A stretch of DNA of 64,000 nucleotides from an uncultured virus (IMG/VR IMGVR_UViG_3300011223_000001) (IMGVR_UViG_3300011223_000001:124001-188000); one strand, 5' to 3'; counted from the stretch's first letter, positions 39,970 through 49,492 are shown. The notes: generated by a model not told the origin, from the sequence alone. Program-made: numbers and translations.

Positions 39970-42357
39970 ATGAGCGAGAATCATCTGGATTGGCTGTCCC
40001 GCGTTTCCCAAGAAGACGCGACCAACACCAGCGTAAGCATCAAACCTGAAGGTGTCGACCCCAAAGGTGACGAGGCTGCCGACCACGTCGGTGGCGATGA
40101 AAAGTCCACCGCCCAAGGCAGTGACAGCGCCAACAACCATGAAATCGTTCTGAACGAGAACATGGAACCTGACGACAACGCGGACGCTAAAAAGGCGGAC
40201 GGTGAAATCGGCGTGGCTGTGTCCAAGGAGTCGGGCACTGACCCTGACTTTCGCATCGACCTGCAAACCGGCGGTCCCGTTGGCGGCAAGCCGTCGACCG
40301 AGGACGGCGAAACCGAAGAAGAAGACGAAACCGAGCTGGACGCCGATGCCCAAACCACCGATGAACCTGGCGCCGAAGGTGCTGTCGCTGGTGATACACC
40401 AGCTGCTGTTCCCGATGCCGGCGAGACAACTGTGGCTGAGAACGTAACCGAGCCTGAAGTTGGTGCCGCTGGCGAAACCGGTCCTGCTGTTGCAGATGAC
40501 GCTGGCGAGATCCCTGCCGCTCCCGAGCTGCCTTCGGAAAACGAAGCGCCCGTGACCGAAGGTGCAGGTGACGACGTAGCGACCCTGACGGGCGCCGAAG
40601 CACCGGCTGTACCAGAAGTGGCTGAAGGTCAGGTGTTGGTGGCCATCGATCCGGTTACCGAAATCAAAGAAGGCCTGCGTCCTGCGGTTGATGAAGCCCA
40701 AGGGCAAACCGACGGGCTTGTTCCAGCCACAGGCGATGAGCAGATCTCCCAAGAAGGTTTTGGTGGGGGCCTGCTGGGCTTCCTGGCCGGCGGTTTCATG
40801 TGGACCCCGTTTGTCGGTGCTGGTGTCAGCGCTACTGCCAAGGTTGCTCGCTTGAAGCTGCAACAGGACATCGAAAAGATCTCCAAGCGCATTGCTGCTG
40901 TGCGTAAGGGTGACCTTGAAGATGCCAAGAAAAATGGTACCAAAGTACCGAAGGGCATGGACAACGTCGATTTCGTGACGGTGCTCAAATCGGCGCTGTT
41001 GGGCCAGTTCTTCGGTTCGTTCTACGGTGCTCACCAAGGCAGTGAGTTGCAGAACCTCAACAATGAGCTTCAGGCCAAGCTCAAACAGCTGAAGGCTGAA
41101 ATGGAGAAGGCCGGGATCTCCAACGAAGATTACGACCTGGTGCCTGAAGACGACGGCGAACAGCAAGACACCGAATTCGACGGCGTGGCCGATGACGGTA
41201 TCATGCAGCCGGTTGAACAAACCCTCGATGACGTGCGTGACATCGGTGCCATGCAAGTGGCGGTTGAAAACTACGCTGACATCCTGCGCAGCGTTGACGC
41301 CCGTGGTCAGGCGGCTGACCCTCTGTTGGTACGCTCGATTCAGATCGGTCTGCGTGCCTTCCAAGGTGAAGGCCTGGCTGAAGGGCAACCTTCGGTCGAA
41401 GACTTCAAGGACGGTGCCAACCAGTTCGTGCTCTCGCAAGAGCTGATGTCCGACATCAAAGGTAAGGCAACCATCGTCGGCGAAGCCATGACCAACGCCA
41501 TCAAGAAATTGATGCAGATGCTCATGGACACCGTTCAGGAAATCAACAGCAACTCGCCGGCCCTGCGTGAGAAGAACAAAGCGCTGCTCGAGCGTCTGGG
41601 TGCCGTCAAAGGCGAAGCCCAGGGTAAAGTGCCAGTAGGCGGTGCTGCACGCCTGTTGATCGGCAGCAACTTTGCCGGTGACAAGGCAGGCAACTACACC
41701 GACCTGCAAAAGTACGCCGACCGGTTCCTGGTCGACTACCCGAACTACTGGAATGGGGTTTCGACCAAACTGTTCCAGCTGTTCATGCAGGACAAGGAAG
41801 GCGGTAAAGTCAGCCTGGCTGACATTGCTGAGATCATCGGCCAAGGCTACCAGCCAGGCATGTTCGGTCTGACTCAGACCAACGATGTGCCAAACGCTGA
41901 CCGTTACGACAACAACTTCGCCTCGCCAACCCTGCTGGGTAACCGCAAGGTGGTGGTGCACCTGTCCAAAGCAGGTGAGCGCCATGGTGTGTCGGCGTTG
42001 TCGGATGTGTTCAGCGTGGAACTGGCCTCGGTGGAAGCCTCCGGCCAACCGTCAGTAGATGTCATGCTGCCGGACACCCAGTCCCTGCGCCAGATCCTGA
42101 CCGCACTGGACAAGCTGATCGCTCAGGTGCCTCGCTACGCCGAGGCCGGCAAGAAGATGGCTTCCAACCAGCAAACCACCAAGGTGCTCACGCACCGTCT
42201 GTTGATTGGTGCAGCAGGTGAACACGGTGCCTCGGCCCTGGCGGCGTCGATGACCAAACCAACCGGTGCCATGGTTGGTCACGTTGTCAACACCATCAAG
42301 GTGGCGCACAAGTTCGTTGAGCACTGCATCGCTCAACACGAAGGCGCTTCGAAGTAA
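39970..42357 (+). CDS. Internal head/ejection protein (phiKZ gp93/gp162-like family) with long acidic propeptide
   Basis: GGAG RBS; about 260 acidic low-complexity residues; multiple S-x-E sites; PSVEDF...VLSQE precedes the putative mature domain. Confidence 0.65.
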   Translation: MSENHLDWLSRVSQEDATNTSVSIKPEGVDPKGDEAADHVGGDEKSTAQGSDSANNHEIVLNENMEPDDNADAKKADGEIGVAVSKESGTDPDFRIDLQTGGPVGGKPSTEDGETEEEDETELDADAQTTDEPGAEGAVAGDTPAAVPDAGETTVAENVTEPEVGAAGETGPAVADDAGEIPAAPELPSENEAPVTEGAGDDVATLTGAEAPAVPEVAEGQVLVAIDPVTEIKEGLRPAVDEAQGQTDGLVPATGDEQISQEGFGGGLLGFLAGGFMWTPFVGAGVSATAKVARLKLQQDIEKISKRIAAVRKGDLEDAKKNGTKVPKGMDNVDFVTVLKSALLGQFFGSFYGAHQGSELQNLNNELQAKLKQLKAEMEKAGISNEDYDLVPEDDGEQQDTEFDGVADDGIMQPVEQTLDDVRDIGAMQVAVENYADILRSVDARGQAADPLLVRSIQIGLRAFQGEGLAEGQPSVEDFKDGANQFVLSQELMSDIKGKATIVGEAMTNAIKKLMQMLMDTVQEINSNSPALREKNKALLERLGAVKGEAQGKVPVGGAARLLIGSNFAGDKAGNYTDLQKYADRFLVDYPNYWNGVSTKLFQLFMQDKEGGKVSLADIAEIIGQGYQPGMFGLTQTNDVPNADRYDNNFASPTLLGNRKVVVHLSKAGERHGVSALSDVFSVELASVEASGQPSVDVMLPDTQSLRQILTALDKLIAQVPRYAEAGKKMASNQQTTKVLTHRLLIGAAGEHGASALAASMTKPTGAMVGHVVNTIKVAHKFVEHCIAQHEGASK

Positions 42358-42405
42358 CCATTCGGGGGTGGGCAACCACCCCCATCTATTTCATCCGAGG
42401 TTGAT

Positions 42406-43602
42406 ATGATCGCGACGACACTCCAAGAGGCGTCTCAACATCTCGACACGGCCCGCCGCCTGACGTGCGCTCTGGATGCTTACAGCACGTTGTTGAAAGA
42501 CGATGTGTCCCTCGACAGTCCACTGGGTCGTTCGATCTGTGTGAGTATCGAAAGCATCGACCCGAGCATCGACTTAAAAGAAGGCTCCTACATCACCTTG
42601 CGCATGATCAAAGAAGGGATCATTCGGACCGCCAAAGCGACCCGAGAACTTCTTCGCGTGCTATTCGAGATCGTGGGTAACCTGTACGTTAAGTTCACAG
42701 GCAGCACTGGCCGTGTGCGTGGACACCAGAAAGCGGTGTCCAAGCGACTGGGTCGATTGGGTAACCGGGTTTCGTACAAGCAGATGGAGATCTCCGGGAT
42801 CAACCGCTTGTCGGTCAACGGGACCTTTGTGGGTGATGACCCACAAGTACTGGTGGGTATTTATGCCATCAGTGAGCACCTGCTCAAGCAACACCCCGCG
42901 ATGGTCGTGCGGGTAGCCCGCGTGTGCGCACGCCGCTTCATTGATCTGGTGGAGCAGCACCCCACCGCCAGTCAAAACGAGGTGGCTAAGCTGGGCATGC
43001 AGATCTTCATGGAAACCATGGCCTCTGCGGCGCAGCCAGCGTTTGGTGAGCAGGAGGTGAAAGCCGGTGAGTTGGGTAACTCCTTCACAGGTGGACGCTA
43101 TCTGCGCAGTGCCACGATGCCGGGCAACTGGGCCTTGGTGTACAGCAACACCAAAGAAACCCTCAATGCAGGCGCTATCAGTAAAGCAGACATGTATGCT
43201 AACGTCATCAAACAGGCGTTTCGTATCGAGTTTGTGGAACTGACCCTGAACACCGCTGACCGTGCAGCCCGTACGGTTGATGTTCCACCTATCCGTACAC
43301 TGGCCAAATTGGTCGATGGGATCTCCAAGATCCTGGACGTGGCGGAGAAAGCTGAGCTGGGTCGTCGCGACTTCGGTTCAGTCAAGACGGTGGTCGACGA
43401 TGCGATTCGTCAGGTGATGGATGTTCGCACTGAAGGTGGCAACGGTACCGCCAACAGCACGGTTATCCAAATGCTGGGTAGCATCTCTGAGGTGCTGGCA
43501 GCGCCAATGGATAGCTTTACTCATTGGATCGCGGTGACGCTCAACATCTACCTGAACTACATCGACCACTGCATCAAGCACTACGAAATGGAAGGTGTTT
43601 AA
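42406..43602 (+). CDS. Internal head protein (phiKZ gp163-like), paralog of the upstream gene
   Basis: Shares RL.ING/GS.F.GD, S..L/M.GN and YIDHCI/FVEHCI motifs with the C-terminal half of 39970..42357; GAGG RBS. Confidence 0.6.
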   Translation: MIATTLQEASQHLDTARRLTCALDAYSTLLKDDVSLDSPLGRSICVSIESIDPSIDLKEGSYITLRMIKEGIIRTAKATRELLRVLFEIVGNLYVKFTGSTGRVRGHQKAVSKRLGRLGNRVSYKQMEISGINRLSVNGTFVGDDPQVLVGIYAISEHLLKQHPAMVVRVARVCARRFIDLVEQHPTASQNEVAKLGMQIFMETMASAAQPAFGEQEVKAGELGNSFTGGRYLRSATMPGNWALVYSNTKETLNAGAISKADMYANVIKQAFRIEFVELTLNTADRAARTVDVPPIRTLAKLVDGISKILDVAEKAELGRRDFGSVKTVVDDAIRQVMDVRTEGGNGTANSTVIQMLGSISEVLAAPMDSFTHWIAVTLNIYLNYIDHCIKHYEMEGV

Positions 43603-43788
43603 TGCCCAAGTAATCTTGGGCATGCTTGCGTTGGGCACAGCAGGGTTTGGGGTACATCCCCAAACCCTAGTACTGAACATACGGTCCTCCCGCTTGGGAG
43701 GGCTTTATGCCGAGAATTACATCTGGACTGTATAAGATGCTGGGCATTCCAGCGGTCCCGCATTGGGACATAATCCACTACAACCCAC

Positions 43789-44820
43789 ATGGGAGCAGCC
43801 ACAATGGCCGCAGCAGTGAATGTGCTTAAAGCACAACAGGTGTATCTGAAGCTCGTTGAGTGTGCGATGAACCAGACGTACACCAACTTCAATTACATCC
43901 ATGGCCTGATCCATGGTGAAGAACATTTAGACTCCTCGGAAGAGGAGTTCAATCAAACGGTAGCGGTTATTAGCTACGTGGCGGCTATGTGTCGTAAGTT
44001 ACATCAACCACGTTTGACCGTGTTGATTAACAGTTGCGCACATTCCGTTGGCGTGGGTCGAGGCTTCTACAAAGACCTGGGGGTCAAGATCGATTTGGCC
44101 GAGACACACTGGGGTGCTTTCTACTGCCTGATGCGCAGTGAATGCTATAATTACTTCGCTGACTTCTGTGCACACAACGAAGGGTTACAGCAGTACGTCT
44201 GGGATCGTATCATCGACGGACTCAGTCTTGAAACCGTCAACGGTGAGTTCATCAGCCAGGTGGTGCGTGAACAGACCGAACGCTTTGCCCAAGCCTCAAC
44301 CAGCACCGAGCAGATTTCGATTTCTCGCTCGAACCCACTGGAGCTCGGCTTCGTCCATCGTGAGTTCTTCACCCGCATGCGTGACTGGCTCGACCAAGCC
44401 TGTCGCTACAACGACCTCGGTCGACTGGTATGGGATATGGGGTTCTTGACCAAGGCAGCCAAATACCTGCGCCGTGAATTCACCATCACCGTACCGCTGG
44501 GCACGGAGCTCAACCTCTACGCTTTGACTCTGGCCAAAGAGCTGAAAGAAGGTCAGGCGTATTGCGCAACGATGGATGAGGTCGAGATGCTCACCGTCAG
44601 CAATATGGCCAGTGGTGAACCCAGCATCCAACATACGCCCGTCGAGAACGGCACACTCGTAGTGTCGCTAATTGACGATACCCGTATCAAGGCAGGGTGC
44701 GCTACTGTAAGTGATACCCATATCAATGCCACTGCACATCCCGAGAAGTGCACGTTCAAGTCCGCAGGTGGCGAAGGTTACACCCACGTGACTCTGCGTG
44801 TGTCGTTCCGTTTGAGCTAA
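43789..44820 (+). CDS. Hypothetical protein
   Basis: 343-aa ORF flanked by hairpins; no motif recognised. Confidence 0.6.
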   Translation: MGAATMAAAVNVLKAQQVYLKLVECAMNQTYTNFNYIHGLIHGEEHLDSSEEEFNQTVAVISYVAAMCRKLHQPRLTVLINSCAHSVGVGRGFYKDLGVKIDLAETHWGAFYCLMRSECYNYFADFCAHNEGLQQYVWDRIIDGLSLETVNGEFISQVVREQTERFAQASTSTEQISISRSNPLELGFVHREFFTRMRDWLDQACRYNDLGRLVWDMGFLTKAAKYLRREFTITVPLGTELNLYALTLAKELKEGQAYCATMDEVEMLTVSNMASGEPSIQHTPVENGTLVVSLIDDTRIKAGCATVSDTHINATAHPEKCTFKSAGGEGYTHVTLRVSFRLS

Positions 44821-44880
44821 CTGTACGGCCTGTCCTTCGGGACAGGCTTTATGCCGCCTACCACTTGACTCGAATAAATC

Positions 44881-44910
44881 TGAGAACTATATTGTCTTTG
44901 TGAATTAGGA
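44881..44910 (+). promoter_or_regulatory. Putative phage promoter, copy 2 of repeated motif
   Basis: TGAGAACTATATTGTCTTTGTGAATTAGGA. Confidence 0.6.
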
Positions 44911-44953
44911 ACAATAAGGTTCCTGATTACTATCCCTTTTAAGGAATAACCTC

Positions 44954-45340
44954 ATGTTGAAAGCCATCGCCCAAGCTATCGTTCTGCGCGCCATCAGTGT
45001 GATCATCGCTCTGTCTCTGGTCGCCGCTTACGCCAAATACAAAGAAGGTAAAGCCAAGGCCTTCAAGACTGCACGCCAAGCAGTGGTCGTCAACAACAAG
45101 GTCAAAGCCAAGACCAGTGTTGAGACCATGCAGGACCTGCTGGCACAACTGAACAACGATGTCACCATCCAACTGGCCATCGCCGCCGACGCTACCGTCG
45201 AGGAACGTCGTCAAATGAAAACCGCATTGGTGGCTCACTGGAGCGACTGTGGTGGTCAGATCGACAACGGCAGTGTCCGTGACATCTACCTCTCAGCGGT
45301 GCAAAACATCGCCAATACAGCTTTTGCTGAAAAAGCTTGA
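44954..45340 (+). CDS. Small N-anchored membrane protein, probably early
   Basis: AAGGA RBS; hydrophobic N-terminus AIVLRAISVIIALSLVAAYA. Confidence 0.65.
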   Translation: MLKAIAQAIVLRAISVIIALSLVAAYAKYKEGKAKAFKTARQAVVVNNKVKAKTSVETMQDLLAQLNNDVTIQLAIAADATVEERRQMKTALVAHWSDCGGQIDNGSVRDIYLSAVQNIANTAFAEKA

Positions 45341-45352
45341 TTGGAAAAAGTT

Positions 45353-45382
45353 TAAGAACTATATCGTCCTGGTGAATTGGGA
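45353..45382 (+). promoter_or_regulatory. Putative phage promoter, copy 3 of repeated motif
   Basis: TAAGAACTATATCGTCCTGGTGAATTGGGA. Confidence 0.6.
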
Positions 45383-45423
45383 GTCCTAAGCGACTCCCTG
45401 CACGTGTCTCTTGGAGAAAAAGA

Positions 45424-45780
45424 ATGAGCGTAAGCAACGTAGTCAAAGGTGCAATTACTGGCGCTGCAATCGGCCTGGTAACCTTCGGTACAATCCAGCT
45501 GGCTAAAGCCACTGGGCGTGGTCTGGCTAACACCGCGGCGCTGGGCTTTGCAGTCAAAGCGGTGGAAGGTGAGTTTGATGAAATCATCAAGCTGTCCCGC
45601 GAACACAACGACGTGCTGCAATGGCCGTCGGCTGCACGGTTGGCGCTGAATACGATCTGGGAAACCGCCACGTCCCACCTACCACAAGACCGTAAGTTCG
45701 CTGCTTGCCGTACCGCGCTCTTTGCTCGGTTCCAAAAGCGCATCGATGCGATCAACCGTAAAGACCACACCGCGGAGTAA
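45424..45780 (+). CDS. Small protein with hydrophobic Gly-rich N-terminus
   Basis: GGAG RBS; GAITGAAIGLVTFG. Confidence 0.65.
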   Translation: MSVSNVVKGAITGAAIGLVTFGTIQLAKATGRGLANTAALGFAVKAVEGEFDEIIKLSREHNDVLQWPSAARLALNTIWETATSHLPQDRKFAACRTALFARFQKRIDAINRKDHTAE

Positions 45781-45785
45781 CTGCC

Positions 45786-45935
45786 ATGAGCCGTTTCGTC
45801 AAAAAGCTTAAAGTCGCTAAACAAGAAACCGCCGAGATCACCAAGATGGCGTTCTCCGGTATCGGCGAAGGCATGAAGGTGGCCATCGGCTTGGCCCCTG
45901 TGATTGTCGTCCTGGCCGTTATCTCTCGCCTCTGA
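45786..45935 (+). CDS. 49-aa membrane peptide (below ORF-track cutoff)
   Basis: GGAG RBS; MSRFVKKLKVAKQETAEITKMAFSGIGEGMKVAIGLAPVIVVLAVISRL*. Confidence 0.6.
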   Translation: MSRFVKKLKVAKQETAEITKMAFSGIGEGMKVAIGLAPVIVVLAVISRL

Positions 45936-45949
45936 AAAGGAATCCCGTC

Positions 45950-46072
45950 ATGAAAGACAATGCCAAAGAAACAGCCCTGAAGATCGCCTACATCGCCGGC
46001 TTCACCATCGGCATCTCGGTTGTGGTTACCGTGGTAAACAAAACAGTCAACGCAGCTTTCAACGCACTTTGA
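45950..46072 (+). CDS. 40-aa membrane peptide (below ORF-track cutoff)
   Basis: AAGGA RBS; MKDNAKETALKIAYIAGFTIGISVVVTVVNKTVNAAFNAL*. Confidence 0.6.
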   Translation: MKDNAKETALKIAYIAGFTIGISVVVTVVNKTVNAAFNAL

Positions 46073-46140
46073 CCAATCCGCGTTACTCCCCTGTGTCATA
46101 CACACCCAAACCCAAGCCTACTAAAACGGAAGACACCATC

Positions 46141-46554
46141 ATGCAAAACAACGACCAAAACAACCCCAACGCCAACAACGAAGCTGGCAAGCCGATCGAC
46201 AACGTGGCACCGCTGGCCAAAGCCATCCACGAAAGCGCACAGCTTTCACCTGAAGTTCAGCAGGGCATCGACAACATCGCACGCTCCTGTGGTCAGGCTG
46301 CGGCCGAAGCCCTGAACATCGCCACGAAACCAACCCTGTCCGACCGCGTCAAGCGTGTCGGCGGGTCGGTGGGTAAAGTCGTCAAGTACGGCGCCATCGC
46401 GGCAGTTGCTGGCGGCCTCGGTTACATCGCTTACCGTGCCCTCAAAAGCACCCCTGCTGCGCAAGTAGCGGCCGCTGCGGCCGATGCTGGTGCCGAGGCT
46501 GCTACCGCTGTAGCGGACGCTGCCGCTGATGCTGTCCAAGCGGCGTTTCGCTGA
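46141..46554 (+). CDS. Small membrane protein
   Basis: ATG at 46141; TM-like YGAIAAVAGGLGYIAY; Ala-rich C-terminus. Confidence 0.65.
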   Translation: MQNNDQNNPNANNEAGKPIDNVAPLAKAIHESAQLSPEVQQGIDNIARSCGQAAAEALNIATKPTLSDRVKRVGGSVGKVVKYGAIAAVAGGLGYIAYRALKSTPAAQVAAAAADAGAEAATAVADAAADAVQAAFR

Positions 46555-46609
46555 TGCACCGGGGGTAGGCAACTACCCCCTTATCCCTACCCCACACCGA
46601 GCCCACGAC

Positions 46610-46729
46610 ATGAACATGACTCTGAAGAACCTGACCGCTGAAGAAAAGCAAGCCGCCGAACTCAACATCGCCTACGTTGAGTACCTGCTTGCACTGCGCA
46701 AGCGTAAGAAAGATGCTGAGTCCCGTTAA
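46610..46729 (+). CDS. 39-aa hypothetical peptide
   Basis: MNMTLKNLTAEEKQAAELNIAYVEYLLALRKRKKDAESR*; weak RBS; followed by a terminator. Confidence 0.45.
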   Translation: MNMTLKNLTAEEKQAAELNIAYVEYLLALRKRKKDAESR

Positions 46730-46743
46730 TGGGGGTTGGTGTA

Positions 46744-46784
46744 GGGTAGTCTGGGCTTCGGCCCGGGCTATCCTTTTTCTTTTT
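46744..46784 (+). terminator. Rho-independent terminator
   Basis: GGGTAGTCTGGGC-ttcg-GCCCGGGCTATCC followed by a T tract. Confidence 0.75.
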
Positions 46785-46817
46785 GTCGACATAAAGCCAC
46801 CCGAAGGTGGCCTTAGG

Positions 46818-47330
46818 TTATTCAGGTTTCTTACCACCCGGGCTAATACCCATCCGGCCAAAGAAGGTATCGCTCGTTTCCTGCACGACACCGATCTCGC
46901 CCTCACCGTCCACCAGCTCATGCTCACCCAGACGGTCTTCATCAAGCTGCGGTAGAATCGCCCGCGGCGTGCGCTCGGCAGTGGCCGATCCATCAGTTGC
47001 ACGCAACGAGAACGGGTTTTCGTTCTTGAGGGTCTTGATGACCTCCACCATGGCGTGAGCCACTTCGGCCGACGAGGCGCTGGTAGAGGCATCGATGGCG
47101 TTGCGTTTGTTGCTGATCTCGGTACCGTCGTGGTCTTTGAGAGCCGCCAACATGATCTTGATGTCATCATTGTCCTTGGGGACATCGCCTGTACGCGTAA
47201 GCTTAGACCTGACGATCTTACGCCGCAGGCGCTGGGAGTACGCTAGCGCCTGTTCATACGTCAGGTCTTGTTCTTCTTCCTGTGGCAGTTCAGGCTGCTC
47301 TACACTATGCGAATCAAGTGGTTCAAACAT
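46818..47330 (-). CDS. Conserved phiKZ-like hypothetical protein
   Basis: 170-aa acidic ORF with GAGG RBS. Confidence 0.55.
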   Translation of the reverse strand: MFEPLDSHSVEQPELPQEEEQDLTYEQALAYSQRLRRKIVRSKLTRTGDVPKDNDDIKIMLAALKDHDGTEISNKRNAIDASTSASSAEVAHAMVEVIKTLKNENPFSLRATDGSATAERTPRAILPQLDEDRLGEHELVDGEGEIGVVQETSDTFFGRMGISPGGKKPE

Positions 47331-47446
47331 GGTCTTTTGCCTCGAAGTAAAAGTCTACCAGCCTACCAGACTGTATATAACGGAATATTTTAAGCACCTA
47401 TATCATCGTTATGCTAGACAGTACAATGCCCTCTGGAGCCCACCTA

Positions 47447-47980
47447 ATGTTGTTAGGATCGTTGTTGCGACGCGTAGCGTCATGGCGTACAGCAAAACAC
47501 AAACTGAACGTCATCGAGGAAATAGAACGGTTAAGGGAGCTTGAAATCAGCGACCCTGGGAAACCTTTGGCATTTGCAAAGTTCTGGCGTGACGTCGGTG
47601 CTGAGATCTTCACAGCGATTCCGGTTGCTGAGCAGATCTGTTACCCTATCGTGAGAAATCACGAAACCATAGAGGAGATGGCTAACCTCTTGGATAAAAC
47701 GCTCCGGCTAATCGCTGAGGACGATTACGAGCACCTAGCCACTTACCTGTCGCGACGGCTTGAGACCAAGCATGAAAGTTCGCTTGCAGGCTATCTCACC
47801 GACAAAGACGGGTATCCGTTAGACAGTGTGGAGCAACACACGCACGTCTCTACCTTGCTGTTCAGTTTGGCTGCAACCTTAGACGGGATGGAGTCATACG
47901 AGTATCATCGCTTAGCAAATCACCTGTATGGTGAGTTACTGGCCGTGATCACACGCCTGCTGGAATACAAGCAACGGTAA
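47447..47980 (+). CDS. Hypothetical protein
   Basis: ATG at 47447 with GGAG RBS (the track extends it to 47411). Confidence 0.55.
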   Translation: MLLGSLLRRVASWRTAKHKLNVIEEIERLRELEISDPGKPLAFAKFWRDVGAEIFTAIPVAEQICYPIVRNHETIEEMANLLDKTLRLIAEDDYEHLATYLSRRLETKHESSLAGYLTDKDGYPLDSVEQHTHVSTLLFSLAATLDGMESYEYHRLANHLYGELLAVITRLLEYKQR

Positions 47981-48032
47981 CACCCCCAAGGAAGGCGTAG
48001 TCTTCCCTAAACAACTCACCGTAGGTGTATAC

Positions 48033-48803
48033 ATGGACAATATCAAACAGTTGCTGACCAGCTCAGATAAGGGGCGCAGTCGGTCGCAAGGGATCTTGTG
48101 CTACATGTTTCGCAACACCTTGCTTTGGTGCAACCTAACGTACCATCGCTGGGTCAGAGCGACCAACTTCTACTTTGAGAAACCCCACAACCGGAAAAAC
48201 CCCGACCGTGGCAATCTCAACAAGGCACTTGTGCAGGATGACTTAAGCTGGGCGTCATTCAAAAAGGGTTTGGATCTATTAAACCCCTGCAAGGCCGTCC
48301 TCACTATCGAACTGACCTGGAAAAGCGGTAAGAAATCCACGTACGCCGTTGAAATCGATCTCGTAGAAGACGAAGACGACGTGATCCTTGTGGCGCTGCC
48401 TGAACAGGAAGACACCGACTTACTCAAAAGCATGGCCGAGCGTCAGAAGAACAAACCCAAGAATACCTTGGCGCGGTTGTTCGGACGCATTCTAAGCGCG
48501 GAGTCAATTGACCACACGCGTTGGACTGCTCTGCTGGAAGAGTACGCCAAGAACCCGCTGAACGGCTTTACCGGCAGCAAGAAAGAAACAGCCGGCACGA
48601 TCAGCAGTATTCAACGGCAGCTGTTTGAACCACGCCTGTCGTGGAACAACTTTCGTAAGGGGCTCACCATACTTGGGCCTATCCAGGAGGATTATATCCT
48701 TCGCTTGGAATGGGTACCGGAAGTGAAACGCATCGAGGACTTCACCGAGACGCATGTCACTATTCGCGATCCTTTCAGCACTGGACGTAACTATGCCAAA
48801 TAA
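48033..48803 (+). CDS. Hypothetical protein with an internal tandem domain duplication
   Basis: Two copies of L...F...L......RW......Y....N...LSW..F.KGL..L.P; AGGT RBS. Confidence 0.6.
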   Translation: MDNIKQLLTSSDKGRSRSQGILCYMFRNTLLWCNLTYHRWVRATNFYFEKPHNRKNPDRGNLNKALVQDDLSWASFKKGLDLLNPCKAVLTIELTWKSGKKSTYAVEIDLVEDEDDVILVALPEQEDTDLLKSMAERQKNKPKNTLARLFGRILSAESIDHTRWTALLEEYAKNPLNGFTGSKKETAGTISSIQRQLFEPRLSWNNFRKGLTILGPIQEDYILRLEWVPEVKRIEDFTETHVTIRDPFSTGRNYAK

Positions 48804-49203
48804 ATGCAACGCTATCGACATTGGTGAAAAAGCCACTCTTGATATCCAGAACGTCCTGGGCTACTATGCCCCACAGCGTCGCACCACGGAAAGCGGGTTG
48901 GTGTTTATGACGTACTTTGGTCTTCGTCAGTACCATATCACAGGCGGCTTTGATGAGCGTCTGTTGGTGCTTGAAGACAGGGCGGTGATTCTGGAGACCA
49001 GTCGTGAGTGGAAATGGAAGCACGTGGGCGATCTACGTATCCGCCTGATGGCAGCACTGCTGCACAACATCCGGCTGAACCATTCGATAGTGTCGCATAT
49101 CACACCTGATGATTGCCTCAAGTGGGCTCGGTCTACGCCGAAACTCAATGAGCAGGAACTGGTGTGGTTGGACATCGTGCGTTCCGTCATCGGCTGTAAA
49201 TAA
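48793..49203 (+). CDS. Hypothetical protein
   Basis: ATG at 48793 overlaps the end of the upstream gene. Confidence 0.5.
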   Translation: MPNKCNAIDIGEKATLDIQNVLGYYAPQRRTTESGLVFMTYFGLRQYHITGGFDERLLVLEDRAVILETSREWKWKHVGDLRIRLMAALLHNIRLNHSIVSHITPDDCLKWARSTPKLNEQELVWLDIVRSVIGCK

Positions 49204-49246
49204 CCATCGGCCCTCCCTTCGGGGAGGGCTTATGCCTGGAGCAGTT

Positions 49247-49492
49247 ATGAAAGTAAGACCCCATCGTCGTTTGTTGGTAGAAGCCATGGCTGAAGTTCAA
49301 GAGATTGAACCGACGCGTACCGCGTTGCTTAAATGGGCCGATGCGTCATTCGGTGGTATGCAACCCCCTGACCTCAGTGGTCTTGTCATCGAGTTTTATA
49401 CGTTCGATGAGCGCATCAATTGGAACACGCACATTGTGCATCTGCCTGGCTGGGGTGTCCTCGGTTTCACCGACGGTCCGCTGATGGCATAA
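49247..49492 (+). CDS. Small hypothetical protein
   Basis: ATG at 49247 with GGAG RBS; MKVRPHRRLLVEAM...FDERINWNTHIV...GVLGFTDGP. Confidence 0.55.
   Translation: MKVRPHRRLLVEAMAEVQEIEPTRTALLKWADASFGGMQPPDLSGLVIEFYTFDERINWNTHIVHLPGWGVLGFTDGPLMA

Noticed and set aside
39907..42048. 713-aa minus-strand ORF
   Set aside because: Antisense shadow of the head protein gene; no recognisable motifs.
45904..46140. N-terminal extension of the 216-aa ORF
   Set aside because: Overlaps two small ORFs with better RBSs; ATG 46141 is the more plausible start.
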